Counted from the first letter of the stretch, positions 38,006-48,351 are shown. The stretch: DNA of 64,000 bases from an uncultured Candidatus Saccharibacteria bacterium (GCA_964621195.1 CAZULJ010000002.1:19665-83664); one strand, 5' to 3'. Notes: generated from the sequence alone by a model not told the origin. A program made the numbers and translations.

Positions 38006-39397
38006 GTGAGGAAATTTTTTATTCCAAGTAAAGAGAATAGGTACAAGCCATACTTGCTTAGAAAAGCTGCGCTATCTGTTTACACTATTCTTCTTCTCGT
38101 TGTAAATATGTTTGGTGGTCTACTTGGTATCCCAGAAGCAATGGCAAGCTCGATAACTTCTGCCAACATTATTCAGCTCACAAATCAACAAAGAGCAGCC
38201 GCAGGTCTCAATACTCTTAATTCTGACTCAAGGCTTGCTGCAGCGGCTCTAGCGAAGGCTAACAACATGTTTGAACAGCAGTACTGGGATCACTTCGGGC
38301 CCAATGGGGAATCTCCTTGGATGTTTATCTCTGATGCTGGTTATCAGTATGTATATGCCGGAGAAAATCTTGCAAAAGGCTTTAGAACTGCAGAGGGTGT
38401 TCACGAAGCTTGGATGGCCAGTCCAACCCACAAGGAGAATATTATGAGTGGGAATTACAAAGATATTGGAGTTGCAGTTGTAGAAGGAGTATTACTCGGT
38501 AAAGAAACTATTCTTGTTGTTCAGATGTTTGGAAACTTAACGACACAAACTTTCAAAGCAGAAACACCTGTTAAAGCAGAAACTACAAAACCATCTACAC
38601 CGAAAGCAAATATTGTAGATACCGGAGAAATAAAATCGATAAGTATTACAAGTCCAAAGGTTGGGGATTTACTTAATGATGCAAATGTAAATATCCATGG
38701 TACTACAGAAAATGTATCAGGATCATACTCAGTAGAAATATTAAATCACAACACTGTAGTTGGCGAGGTAGGAAGTACTGGAAAAGAGTGGGAGTATGAC
38801 AAAGGATCTGATTGGGAAGAGGGAGAACAGAAAATTGTTGCTCAGATAAAGGGCACAGATGTTCGTTCTTCAGAAGTCAGTTTCGTAGTAGACTCTACCC
38901 CTGCTGAGATAGAGGCACAATCTATAACGGTGAAGAGAACTGAAACAGAATATGAATTAAGTTTTGTAATACCGGAAGAAGCAAAATCTATACAATTGGT
39001 GACAGGAGACAAGACCTTTGATCTTGTTATCGATGAAGAGGGTTTTGCAGTTCTTGGCATATCCAAGAATGATATAGGAGAGAAATCTGTGTTAATAATT
39101 TCTGACAAAGCAGGTAATATTTCAGAGATTGATATCTCTGAATACTTTATGGACGAAGATGAGTCAGTAGTATATACCCCAGATCTTACCCTTTGGGTTC
39201 GTAATATGGTTGGTACTACAGATGGAATTAGCTTGGCAATTGTCTCCTTTGTCTTTATACTTTTAAGCATAGAGGTGTATGTATACTGGAAGAAAGGATT
39301 GTTAGGAAAGAATGCTGGTGGCTTGTTTACACTAGGTGCATGGTGGTTAATTATTTTAGTAGGTGTCTTTAAAGGATTCGGAGGAGTTATTAATTAA
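38006..39397 (+). CDS. membrane-anchored CAP/SCP (YkwD-like) domain protein with beta-rich middle region and C-terminal TM
   Basis: LTNQQRAAAGL..L..D..L...A...A..M......DHFGPNGESPW......GY.Y.YAGENLA.GF.TAEGVHEAWM.SPTHKENI....Y..IGVAV is the CAP/SCP signature; TM helices at both ends. Confidence 0.65.
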   Translation: MRKFFIPSKENRYKPYLLRKAALSVYTILLLVVNMFGGLLGIPEAMASSITSANIIQLTNQQRAAAGLNTLNSDSRLAAAALAKANNMFEQQYWDHFGPNGESPWMFISDAGYQYVYAGENLAKGFRTAEGVHEAWMASPTHKENIMSGNYKDIGVAVVEGVLLGKETILVVQMFGNLTTQTFKAETPVKAETTKPSTPKANIVDTGEIKSISITSPKVGDLLNDANVNIHGTTENVSGSYSVEILNHNTVVGEVGSTGKEWEYDKGSDWEEGEQKIVAQIKGTDVRSSEVSFVVDSTPAEIEAQSITVKRTETEYELSFVIPEEAKSIQLVTGDKTFDLVIDEEGFAVLGISKNDIGEKSVLIISDKAGNISEIDISEYFMDEDESVVYTPDLTLWVRNMVGTTDGISLAIVSFVFILLSIEVYVYWKKGLLGKNAGGLFTLGAWWLIILVGVFKGFGGVIN

Positions 39398-39411
39398 ATA
39401 CTGCCCAAAAA

Positions 39412-40203
39412 GTGAAGAGGAAATTCGAGATTAAAAGTGAAGTGCTTTATCTTTTTCTGATTACCGTTATTACGGTATATTTCTCGTACACTACTCATAT
39501 TCCCGGTATTGTATATCTTTATGCTGGTGGATTAGGGCTAATACTTCTTCTAACCTGGTTTGTTAGAGCTTTTGCTCTCTACTCTGGTAGGAGAATATCC
39601 CAATACAGTGAAGTGATACAACGAATCTCTCTTAAGGAAAGATCCTTTTCCTACTTTGTTCTACCAACAATCTTCTATCTCTCTTTACTTTTATACCTTT
39701 ACTACAATACCTCCTTTGTTATGGACTTGGTACTAATAGTGGTTGCATCTTTACAAATCTTAATACTTTTTCTCAACGTTAAAAGCTCTCTTAGTAAGGT
39801 ATACACAATAGCTAGTCAAACCAGAGCAGTATTTGACTTTGTTTGTATCTCAACATTCTTTCTTCTGATGAGTGTGTATATTAGGTTGGGACTTGAACTG
39901 ACACTCTTCCTACCATTGGTATTTATTACATCATTGATACTATTCTGGTTTGATATTAAAGTTCACTCCAGAGAAAGCCTCTCTGGATTACTCCTTTCCG
40001 TAGTATCCTCACTTTTCGTCAGTATATTTTCTTGTTCATTCTTCTTAACTAATATATTTGTTATACCAGCAGTTAGTACATTAGCTTTTTACTTGATACT
40101 CTCGTTGTGGAATATTCGCTTTTCAGGTAAGGTTAAACTAGCAGACTATATTGTACCTTTCTTGTACTCAATACTTGCATTAATATTAATTCTAAACATA
40201 TGA
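39412..40203 (+). CDS. polytopic integral membrane protein, hypothetical
   Basis: ~8 predicted hydrophobic helices; no motif recognised. Confidence 0.4.
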   Translation: MKRKFEIKSEVLYLFLITVITVYFSYTTHIPGIVYLYAGGLGLILLLTWFVRAFALYSGRRISQYSEVIQRISLKERSFSYFVLPTIFYLSLLLYLYYNTSFVMDLVLIVVASLQILILFLNVKSSLSKVYTIASQTRAVFDFVCISTFFLLMSVYIRLGLELTLFLPLVFITSLILFWFDIKVHSRESLSGLLLSVVSSLFVSIFSCSFFLTNIFVIPAVSTLAFYLILSLWNIRFSGKVKLADYIVPFLYSILALILILNI

Positions 40204-40904
40204 AAAAGAGCATAGTTTTAAAAGTAGGTGGATCAATTCTTTATGATCATCTTCTAAATATTAACTTCGACCTATTTCGTAGGATTAAGAAATGGTATTG
40301 GGAGGCAAAGAACGATTATGAAAATATTGTATTAGTAACTGGTGGAGGTGGTATCTCTAGAAATATGCAGGAGAAAGTTATTGAAGATATTAAAGGTGAT
40401 GAAGGCCTTCATAGTATAGCAATGTCACTAACCCAAACGAATGCAACTATACTAGCCTCTTACCTCGAGGACAAAGAAATATTTGTACCTCAAAAATTAG
40501 GAGATGCATATGAATTTCTTAATACAGCTAGTGGTAAATATATGGTCAGTGGAGGATTAAAGGTAGGGTGGAGTACTGACATGGATGCTGCAGTTTTTGC
40601 AGATATTCTTTCAGCAGATAGGGTGCACAAGATCTCAAATGTAGATGCTATCTATGATAAAGATCCAAAGGAATTCTTTGAAGCCAAAGCAATACGAGAT
40701 ATGTCTTGGCAGGACTACTTCGAAGTATTTTCAATTTTACCTGGCCAATCTCATACCCCTAACGCACATATACCTGTAGACGCTCAATGTTCTGTATATT
40801 GCGAGAAGAAAGGGATATCCTTCCATGTAACTGGTGGTAAGCTTCTTGATGAAATAGAGGAGATAAAAGATATACTTGATGAAGGAACTTTCTTACACCC
40901 CTAA
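40200..40904 (+). CDS. amino-acid-kinase superfamily protein (isopentenyl phosphate kinase / archaeal-type UMP kinase-like)
   Basis: IVLKVGGSIL...VLVTGGGGISR glycine-rich kinase motifs; 234 aa. Confidence 0.45.
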   Translation: MKKSIVLKVGGSILYDHLLNINFDLFRRIKKWYWEAKNDYENIVLVTGGGGISRNMQEKVIEDIKGDEGLHSIAMSLTQTNATILASYLEDKEIFVPQKLGDAYEFLNTASGKYMVSGGLKVGWSTDMDAAVFADILSADRVHKISNVDAIYDKDPKEFFEAKAIRDMSWQDYFEVFSILPGQSHTPNAHIPVDAQCSVYCEKKGISFHVTGGKLLDEIEEIKDILDEGTFLHP

Positions 40905-40906
40905 AG

Positions 40907-41377
40907 CTACTTAACGCTTACTATTACGCATGATGTAGAACCAGCTGGTGTTTCTATTGTTAGTTTATCACCCTTCTTTTTTCCCATTAATGAACTACCA
41001 ATAGGGGATTTGTATGAGATCTTTGCTTCTAATGGATTAGCTTCATCTGTACCAACTATATCGAATGTCTTTAACTTTCCACCTTGGCATTCTATTGTTA
41101 CCTTTGATCCAATATCTACTGTCTCCTTATTTTTCTTTTCAACTACCTCTGCTCTGTCTAATCTCTCTTTAATCTCTAGAATCCTATCTTCATTGTTCTG
41201 GAAGTCATCTATAGCAATTGAGTAGCCATCATTCTCTCTTAAATCTCCTTGGCTACGCATTTGATTGAGGGTATCTTGAAGTTCTGTTCTAATCTTGCCC
41301 TCTCTTCTCTCAAGTTCTTTCTTTAGTTTCTTAAAACCCTCTTCTGTGAGCAGTACTTTTCTTTTTGTTCCTGCCAT
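40907..41377 (-). CDS. greA: transcription elongation factor GreA
   Basis: LT.EG...L..EL..R.......I......QGDLRENDGY..A.....F...RI..I...L..A.V; C-terminal FKBP-like domain. Confidence 0.85.
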   Translation of the reverse strand: MAGTKRKVLLTEEGFKKLKKELERREGKIRTELQDTLNQMRSQGDLRENDGYSIAIDDFQNNEDRILEIKERLDRAEVVEKKNKETVDIGSKVTIECQGGKLKTFDIVGTDEANPLEAKISYKSPIGSSLMGKKKGDKLTIETPAGSTSCVIVSVK

Positions 41378-41512
41378 CGGAATGAATATAAAGTTATATT
41401 TCGTCGAATGATATATTTAATTATATGCATTGTCAATTGTTTAAAAGGCTTCAGATTTGTAGTAAAATGCATACTAATACTGAATTTTGTGGTAAAATTC
41501 TAACCGCACTAT

Positions 41513-41584
41513 GCCGCTATCGTCTAACGGTTAGGACACATGATTCTCAATCATGTAATCGGGGTTCGATTCCCCGTAGCGGTA
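41513..41584 (+). tRNA. tRNA-Glu (anticodon CUC)
   Basis: Hand-folded cloverleaf: acceptor GCCGCTA/TAGCGGT, anticodon stem CATGA/TCATG, loop TTCTCAA (anticodon CTC at 41546-41548), T-arm CGGGG-TTCGATT-CCCCG, discriminator A; a genomic CCA follows. Confidence 0.8.
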
Positions 41585-41597
41585 CCATTTTACAAAT

Positions 41598-42275
41598 ATG
41601 ATTACTTTCGATTTAATAACAATATTTCCAGATTCTTTAGAAGCTTACATTGAGAGTAGCATCGTTAAAAGGGCTCAAGAAAAAGGTCTCGTAAAGATAA
41701 CGGTTCATAATCTAAGGGATTGGAGCAGTAGCAAACATAGAACTGTGGATGATACTCCCTATGGTGGTGGTCCAGGCATGGTCTTTATGATAGAGCCAAT
41801 ATTTAATGCCCTAAAGGAATTGAGGAAAGTAAACTCACTTGTATTTCTTACTTCCCCCAAGGGAAAGAAGTTAACACAGAGTACACTATCGAACCTCTCG
41901 CAATCCCCAGATGCTCACTATATTGTCCTTTGTGGTCACTATGAAGGATTCGATGAAAGGATACATGAGAATTTAGTAGATTATGAATTCTCAATAGGGG
42001 ACTATGTCCTCTCTGGTGGGGAGTTACCTGCACTAGTTTTAGTAGATGGGATCACTAGACTTATTCCAGGAGTTTTGGGAAATGAAGATTCTTTGGGCTC
42101 TGAATCTTTTACCGATGATGTCTTAGACTATCCACAATATACAAAGCCCTCTGAATTTAATGGCTGGAAAGTACCTGATGTTTTACTCTCAGGAAATCAT
42201 AAACAGATTGAACAATGGAGAAAAGAGATGTCCCAAAAGGAGACATTAGAGAAGAGACCAGATCTGAGTAAATAG
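41598..42275 (+). CDS. trmD: tRNA (guanine37-N1)-methyltransferase
   Basis: F.IITIFP......Y...SI..RA...G...I..HNLRD.......HR.VDD.PYGGG.GMV; SPOUT knot motifs. Confidence 0.85.
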   Translation: MITFDLITIFPDSLEAYIESSIVKRAQEKGLVKITVHNLRDWSSSKHRTVDDTPYGGGPGMVFMIEPIFNALKELRKVNSLVFLTSPKGKKLTQSTLSNLSQSPDAHYIVLCGHYEGFDERIHENLVDYEFSIGDYVLSGGELPALVLVDGITRLIPGVLGNEDSLGSESFTDDVLDYPQYTKPSEFNGWKVPDVLLSGNHKQIEQWRKEMSQKETLEKRPDLSK

Positions 42276-42344
42276 TTTGCCCTTGTTTCGACTATCTAAA
42301 TATTATACACTCTTATTAGAAATACTTAATCAATTTCCCTCACC

Positions 42345-42815
42345 ATGAAGAAAGAAAGTTACAAGATAACGGAAGAGAAGAAGTTTGAACTAATAAAGGA
42401 ACTTGAAAAGCTCCAGAATGAAACTCTAAAAGAAATTGCTGATAGATTAGAAGAGTCTAGAAAAGAGGACTTAAGTGAAGATGACATACAGCTTGGGGAG
42501 ATTCTTGAAGAGAAGGAAGTAGTTGAAAGAAGAATAGAGGAAATTAGTGAGATCCTTGATAATGCAGAAATACTTGGAGAGAAAGATTACTGCGAGCCAT
42601 ATCAGGTTTCTCTTGGTTCAACAGTAAAACTCAAACAAGGTAAAAGGATATTCGATATAAAGCTGGTATCTTCTTTGGAGACAGATCCAGAGAAAAACTA
42701 CATATCAAATAAGTCGCCATTAGGAAGGGTATTACTAAAATCAAAATCTGGAGATACCGTAAAGGTAAAGATTAGAGGTAATGTAACCGAATACAAAATA
42801 CTCGACGTTTGTTAA
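42345..42815 (+). CDS. GreA/GreB-family transcription factor paralog
   Basis: N-terminal coiled coil with EDLSEDDIQ acidic tip; C-terminal YISNKSPLGRVLLKSKSGDTVKV (GreA C-domain SP.G.AL.G...GD.V.V). Confidence 0.7.
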   Translation: MKKESYKITEEKKFELIKELEKLQNETLKEIADRLEESRKEDLSEDDIQLGEILEEKEVVERRIEEISEILDNAEILGEKDYCEPYQVSLGSTVKLKQGKRIFDIKLVSSLETDPEKNYISNKSPLGRVLLKSKSGDTVKVKIRGNVTEYKILDVC

Positions 42816-42835
42816 AAAATTCTTTCGACTGTAAA

Positions 42836-42871
42836 GAGGGGCGTCCGTGGAGGGTCGGGCGCCCCTTTTTG
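42836..42871. terminator. GC-rich hairpin, probable bidirectional terminator between greA-like (+) and glyQS (-)
   Basis: AGGGGCGTCCG...CGGGCGCCCCT stem followed by TTTTT on the + strand and an A/T-rich tract on the - strand; it is a GC island in an AT-rich genome. Confidence 0.65.
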
Positions 42872-44161
42872 CTATATTATAGATTCCAAATCTTCGATAT
42901 TAACTCTTTTTTGTTCCATGGTATCCCTATCTCGTACTGTAACCGTATTGTTTTCTAAAGTCTCATAGTCGATTGTAATACAGTTTGGTGTGCCGATCTC
43001 ATCTTGATATCTATACCTCTTTCCAATATTCCCTCTATCATCCCATACTACTTTGTGATTATCTGCGAGTAACTCAAATACCTCTCTTGCCTTACTTGAT
43101 ATTTCTTCCTTGTTACCAACCAATGGGAATATTGCAGCTTTGTATGCAGCAATTTCTGGATGAATCTTGAGAACAGTTCTGATATTACCATCTCCCAAAT
43201 CTTCCTCCTCGTATGCATCGAAGAGTAACATTAAGAGTGTCCTATCTACACCTCCTGAAGTTTCTACAATCCATGGGGTATATTTCTCTCCTGTTTTTGG
43301 ATCTGTATATTTCAATTCTTTACCACTAAACTCACTATGTTGAGTTAAATCGTAGTCACTTCTCCAGTGTATACCCTCATTCTCTGCCCATCCCCAAGGA
43401 GATAGATACTCTACATCAAAGGCTCTCTTTGCATAGAAGACTAATTTTTCTTTAGGATGTTCATAGAAACGTAGATTCTCGCCCTTCCGATACAGCTCTT
43501 TGTAAAACTTCATTCTTTCCTCTTTCCAATACTCAAACCACTTCTCCATATCATCTGGATGTACAAAGAATTGAAGATCCCATTGCTCAAACTCTCTACT
43601 TCTGAATGTAAGTTTTCCGGGGGTAACCTCATTCCTAAAAGCTTTACCAATCTGTGCAATACCAAAAGGAATCTGTTGTCTTGTAGAATCTACTACATTC
43701 ATAAAATCAAGATATATTGTTTGACATGCTTCTCCTCTTAGATATGCATCCATCTTCTCTCCTTCAACAACTCCAACCTCTGTTTTAAAAAGCATGTTGT
43801 ATTTTCTTGATTCTGTAAACTCTGTACCACCACACTTAGGACATTTCTCCTCAATATCTTCAGGTCTAAATCTTTGATGACATTTCTTACATTCCACAAC
43901 CTCATCAGCAAAACCTTTAACATGCCCTGATGCTTCCCAAACCTTTGGATGTGTAATTATTGTTCCATCTATACCAACTACATTCTCCCTTCTATCAACA
44001 ATATTTCTCCACCAGTATCTCTTTAAATTATTCTTCATCTCTACACCAACAGGACCGTAATCATAGAAGCCACCTATACCTCCATATATCTCAGAGTTTG
44101 GAAATATTATTCCTCTTCTTTTCGCTAAGGCTGTAATCTTTTGGAGTAGGTCTTGTGACAT
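42872..44161 (-). CDS. glyQS: glycyl-tRNA synthetase (alpha2 homodimeric class II type)
   Basis: MSQDLLQKI..LAKRRGIIFPNSEIYGG..GFYDYGP.G; class II motifs; zinc-knuckle insertion CKKCHQRF...CPKCGG. Confidence 0.85.
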   Translation of the reverse strand: MSQDLLQKITALAKRRGIIFPNSEIYGGIGGFYDYGPVGVEMKNNLKRYWWRNIVDRRENVVGIDGTIITHPKVWEASGHVKGFADEVVECKKCHQRFRPEDIEEKCPKCGGTEFTESRKYNMLFKTEVGVVEGEKMDAYLRGEACQTIYLDFMNVVDSTRQQIPFGIAQIGKAFRNEVTPGKLTFRSREFEQWDLQFFVHPDDMEKWFEYWKEERMKFYKELYRKGENLRFYEHPKEKLVFYAKRAFDVEYLSPWGWAENEGIHWRSDYDLTQHSEFSGKELKYTDPKTGEKYTPWIVETSGGVDRTLLMLLFDAYEEEDLGDGNIRTVLKIHPEIAAYKAAIFPLVGNKEEISSKAREVFELLADNHKVVWDDRGNIGKRYRYQDEIGTPNCITIDYETLENNTVTVRDRDTMEQKRVNIEDLESII

Positions 44162-44240
44162 ATATATTTTTACTTATTTAAACGACCAATTATACAATAT
44201 TCTTTACCCATTAAGAAAATTTCTGCTATATTATACATAG

Positions 44241-45101
44241 ATGAAAAAGAGTGATGTTACAAAACTTGTCCTGTTCATTGATTTTCAGTTAGCCATCCTT
44301 CTAGGATTAGTCCTTTACAACGGCTTTTCTAGTATCACTAAAACATCTGAACCTCAACAAGATGTCCTAGGTGCAGAATATATTCCAGAAGACAGGGAAT
44401 TTACAATATCAGTTTGTCATATTGAAAACTGTGTATATCTCTCTAGCTTAGATGTAACCAAGGAGGGAAATATTGACAAGGGTCTTGTATACCAACTAGT
44501 TTTAGAGAAAGTTTTCCCATACTTTGAGGACACATATGGTGGTAAAGGTTTCGCTTCAAATCGTGGAGGTTCCTTTGTCTATTGGAAGGAAGATATACGA
44601 CCTGATCTTTCAAATGTTTTCGATGAGGTTTATAAATCATTTAAATCTGGATTAGATACAAATGTTGAGATATCACTTCGAGATATGCCAAGTACAGATG
44701 GAAAGTACGCTACTAAGTATATCGAGATAGATAACTCTAGGCAGAAGCTTTTTGTATGGAATAACGGGGTAGTTGAAAAAGAGATATTACTTTCTGGACC
44801 CAAGGAGGGATATGAAGTATATGGAGTATTTCCAATTGTAGATAAAGGGTTAAATCCTAAAGCTCCTACTGGGGACTATATGCCCTACTGGATGGCTTTC
44901 TACTATTCTGCCTCCCAAGATTCTTGGTATGGACTTCACGGTTTAATATGGTGGTATGATTCTAATGGTAGAGCTGTATACGAGCCAGAGAGTAATATTG
45001 GTATTAGAAAGAGTGGAGGATGTATACGTATGGTGGAAGAAGATGCGAAATATCTGTACGAAGCTTTTCAAAAGGGTGATCTAATCCTTCTGCATGAGTA
45101 A
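44241..45101 (+). CDS. L,D-transpeptidase (YkuD-domain) protein with N-terminal TM
   Basis: C-terminal catalytic region ...YGLHGL......G...SGGCIRM...DAKYLYE....GDLIL.H matches the HxxxxS/C...GCIRM LDT signature. Confidence 0.7.
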   Translation: MKKSDVTKLVLFIDFQLAILLGLVLYNGFSSITKTSEPQQDVLGAEYIPEDREFTISVCHIENCVYLSSLDVTKEGNIDKGLVYQLVLEKVFPYFEDTYGGKGFASNRGGSFVYWKEDIRPDLSNVFDEVYKSFKSGLDTNVEISLRDMPSTDGKYATKYIEIDNSRQKLFVWNNGVVEKEILLSGPKEGYEVYGVFPIVDKGLNPKAPTGDYMPYWMAFYYSASQDSWYGLHGLIWWYDSNGRAVYEPESNIGIRKSGGCIRMVEEDAKYLYEAFQKGDLILLHE

Positions 45102-45217
45102 AACTGTTTAAAAAACTTTCTGTTTAGTAAATTTCAAAATATTCTTTTAACAAAGGTCTTTCTCTTTGTATCCGGTTATTGATATAATCGCAGTATATTA
45201 ATTTATTCACCATTACT

Positions 45218-46762
45218 ATGGAAGATGCTCAAAGGAGTGATCTGGTTGGACAGAGAGAATTAAGACTTGAGAAGATTGAGCAGCTAAAGAAACTTGGTAT
45301 TAATCCATATCCTGCTAGATCTAACAAAACGAATACGATAGGGGAGATAACTAACTCGTATGAGCAATTTGAAGGTAAGAACGTATGTCTTGCTGGTAGG
45401 ATTAGAGCATGGAGGACCCATGGTAAGCTAATATTTCTTGATATTAGTGATCAGTTTGCAAATATCCAGGTGATGATAAAGAAAGATTCCTTAGTTGGAG
45501 AAAACAGCAATGGAACTCTGTCCTGGGATCAATTAGATTTACTCGATCTCGCAGACTTTGTTGAAGTATCTGGTAGTATCGGTAAGAGCAAAAGAGGTGA
45601 GATATCTCTGTTTTGTGAAGGTATTAGATTGTTAAGTAAATCTCTAAGGCCTATTCCAAGGAAGTTAAATAGCAAGGAACAGATGTTTAGAAGAAGATAC
45701 TTGGATTTGATAATTAACGAAGATAGGAGGAGGATGTTTGAAAGGAAGGCAGCGTTTTGGCAAGTTCAGAGAGATTTCCTTCGTAAAGAGGGCTTCATAG
45801 AAGTTGAAGTGCCAGTATTAGAACCTGTAACTGGTGGAGCGGATGCAAGACCATTTGTTACACACCACAACGCTCTTGATCAGGATTTCTTCCTAAGAAT
45901 TTCTACAGAGTTGTATCAGAAGAGATTGATAGGGGCAGGTTTTGAGAAGGTATATACATTGGGTCCAAACTTTAGAAATGAGGGAATGGATGATGAACAT
46001 TTACAGGAATATTATCAATTAGAATGGTACTGGGCATATGCCGATTTTAGAATGAATATGGAACTTGTAAGAAAACTTTTCATTGAGATTGCAGAGAAAG
46101 TCTATGGAAAGACAGAGTTTACAACCAGAGGACATACCTTTAATCTGGCAGATAAATGGGAAGAGATAGACTATACAACTGTAATTAAGGAAAGGTTTGG
46201 AATTGATATCTTCAAAGATTCTGATGAAAAAATATTAGAAGTAGTAAAAAAGAACAATATTGAATTGGATGGAGATATTAACAGAAGCAGATTGATAGAC
46301 AACCTTTGGAAAGTCATTAGAGCAACTATCTCTGGTCCTGCATTCTTGATCAATCAACCAGTATTTATCTCCCCATTAGCAAAAGCTCATGAAGAGAATC
46401 CTGAACTAACTGAGAGATTCCAAGTAGTTATAGCTGGTAGTGAATTAGGTAACGGATATTCAGAAATTAATGACCCTGTAGACCAATTAAATAGATTCTT
46501 AGAGCAACAGGAGCTAAGAGATTCCGGTGATCAGGAAGCTCAAATGTTGGATATAGATTTTGTAGAGATGCTTGAATATGGTATGCCACCTACGAGTGGA
46601 TATGGACAGAGTGAGAGAATCTTCTGGTTTATGGAAAATATATCTGGAAGAGAAGGTACTTTCTTCCCACAGATGAGAGTTGAAGTTGATTCAACAACAA
46701 AGAAAATCTATGGAGAGAAGCTTTCAAAATACTTAAAGCTAAAAAGTAAAAAGAAAGTTTAA
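45218..46762 (+). CDS. lysS: lysyl-tRNA synthetase (class II)
   Basis: N-terminal OB anticodon-binding domain, NPYP..., class II motifs 2/3 (FRNEGMD..H..EF...E.Y.AY; GSELGNGYSE..D). Confidence 0.85.
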   Translation: MEDAQRSDLVGQRELRLEKIEQLKKLGINPYPARSNKTNTIGEITNSYEQFEGKNVCLAGRIRAWRTHGKLIFLDISDQFANIQVMIKKDSLVGENSNGTLSWDQLDLLDLADFVEVSGSIGKSKRGEISLFCEGIRLLSKSLRPIPRKLNSKEQMFRRRYLDLIINEDRRRMFERKAAFWQVQRDFLRKEGFIEVEVPVLEPVTGGADARPFVTHHNALDQDFFLRISTELYQKRLIGAGFEKVYTLGPNFRNEGMDDEHLQEYYQLEWYWAYADFRMNMELVRKLFIEIAEKVYGKTEFTTRGHTFNLADKWEEIDYTTVIKERFGIDIFKDSDEKILEVVKKNNIELDGDINRSRLIDNLWKVIRATISGPAFLINQPVFISPLAKAHEENPELTERFQVVIAGSELGNGYSEINDPVDQLNRFLEQQELRDSGDQEAQMLDIDFVEMLEYGMPPTSGYGQSERIFWFMENISGREGTFFPQMRVEVDSTTKKIYGEKLSKYLKLKSKKKV

Positions 46763-46799
46763 ATCTTTCAGTTCAATTTATACAAAATAGGTCCATTCA

Positions 46800-47177
46800 A
46801 TGGATTCGATAAAAGATATACTTAAAAGTCTCAATACCCCCAAGGGAGAAGAGGAGAAGCCCCAAGGAGAACTCTTCGATACTCAGAAATACTCAAAGAA
46901 GAGGGTCTTGATTAATGATAAGCATAAGTATATATCCAAGGAGTATCAGTATTATGGATTAAGCATTGCAGGTAAGCTTGGAGATCAAAAGAGGGTAACT
47001 ATGTATATAAAGTGGGCAAAAGAAAAACCAAGAGTAATACTAGAACAGGCTTTTAGTTTTGCAATTGATTATCCAAGTGCAAAAGACAGAAGTAGAATCT
47101 TTATGTGGAAGGTAAGGGAGCTAGAGAAAGAAAGAGAGGCTAGGAAGGCTTCTGGGAAGAAAGATACTGATGAATAG
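46800..47177 (+). CDS. hypothetical protein
   Basis: 125-aa ORF; no recognisable motif; 38-bp convergent overlap with the downstream gene. Confidence 0.35.
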   Translation: MDSIKDILKSLNTPKGEEEKPQGELFDTQKYSKKRVLINDKHKYISKEYQYYGLSIAGKLGDQKRVTMYIKWAKEKPRVILEQAFSFAIDYPSAKDRSRIFMWKVRELEKEREARKASGKKDTDE

Positions 47178-48150
47178 TATCTAGAACCTTTTGTGAAGCT
47201 TCTGGCCCATCTGAGGCTTCTACTCTAGCCGCAGCAGAGTATTCATGCCCACCTCCTCCAAGTAGAACAGCTATTTCACTAACCTTTTGATATCCTTTTG
47301 TACCTCTAAAGGATACTTGCCAAATATTCTCTTTGTAGTACGAGGGCTTTACTACAAAGCCCCAGTGTATTCCATGTATATTCCTTATTATTCTATCTCT
47401 GACATGCTGCTGTGCATTGTTTACACCTGTTTTTGTAAGACCTAAATCATCAATATCTTGTTTGGAAATGTATGTATATGCCATATCTTCCTCCAGGGTT
47501 ATATTTTTAAGAAATATCCTAAGAGGCTCTATTGTGTCAAATGGGAATTTACTGTTCTTGTATGTAAAATCCTCAATATCAAGATTATGTACTCTTCTAA
47601 GTTTACCCATCATTTCGTAAGTATCGGGGGTTGCATTCTCGTATAGGAATCTTCCTGTATCTGAAACTATACCGATCTGGCCAAGCTTAGAGATATCCTC
47701 TGTAATCTTAAATCTCCATCTCTCCATCTCAAAGCAAACACTTAGTACCTGCTCTGTTGCAGAACTCATATTGTTGTTAATACTTAGATCCGCCTCAATA
47801 TCCTTTGTATCATGATGATCTATACTGACAAGAGTAGCTTTGGATGTTTGTATATTGTCATGGTGAGTTGTACAAAGGTCTAATTTCCCAGAATCGGTCA
47901 TAATGATTAGGTCTTCATCTCCACTTAGAATCTCCTCTACGACTTCAATCTCTTGCATATGAGGAATGTTTTGTGTTGGCATTTGTCTTGCTTTGAATAC
48001 CACCTTTTTCTTTGAGTAGTAGGTATTTAGGAATTCTTTAAGAATTAATGCACTACAAAATGCATCGAAATCCGGTCCTTTATGTGTCAGTATGAGTATA
48101 CTCTTCGATCTTTGTATTAATTTCTTTAGCTCTGAGGTTTCTTTTTTCAC
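47140..48150 (-). CDS. DHH/DHHA1-family phosphoesterase (NrnA-like nanoRNase / pAp phosphatase)
   Basis: ILILTHKGPDFDAFCSALIL (DHH motif I), DHHD (IDHHDTKD), C-terminal GGGH (LLGGGGHEYSAAARV) DHHA1 motif. Confidence 0.7.
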   Translation of the reverse strand: MKKETSELKKLIQRSKSILILTHKGPDFDAFCSALILKEFLNTYYSKKKVVFKARQMPTQNIPHMQEIEVVEEILSGDEDLIIMTDSGKLDLCTTHHDNIQTSKATLVSIDHHDTKDIEADLSINNNMSSATEQVLSVCFEMERWRFKITEDISKLGQIGIVSDTGRFLYENATPDTYEMMGKLRRVHNLDIEDFTYKNSKFPFDTIEPLRIFLKNITLEEDMAYTYISKQDIDDLGLTKTGVNNAQQHVRDRIIRNIHGIHWGFVVKPSYYKENIWQVSFRGTKGYQKVSEIAVLLGGGGHEYSAAARVEASDGPEASQKVLDTIHQYLSSQKPS

Positions 48151-48351
48151 TAGAGTAAGTATACCAGAAAAGATATTTGTGTAATATTGCTCTCCTTGAT
48201 AAATGCCTTGTTGTGGTAATATAATACAATATGTATATACAAGGGATATTTTCTAATAGTATGTCCTCCTTTTCATCTGTCCACCTCGGTGGACATATAT
48301 ACTTTTAAACAAAATTAATTTCCAATTTAAATTAGATAAATATATAGACAG

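Noticed and set aside
48151-48351. T-box riboswitch upstream of serS
   Set aside because: The leader is only ~200 bp and lacks the conserved T-box sequence (AATTAGGGTGGTACCGCG-like) and a specifier-loop architecture.
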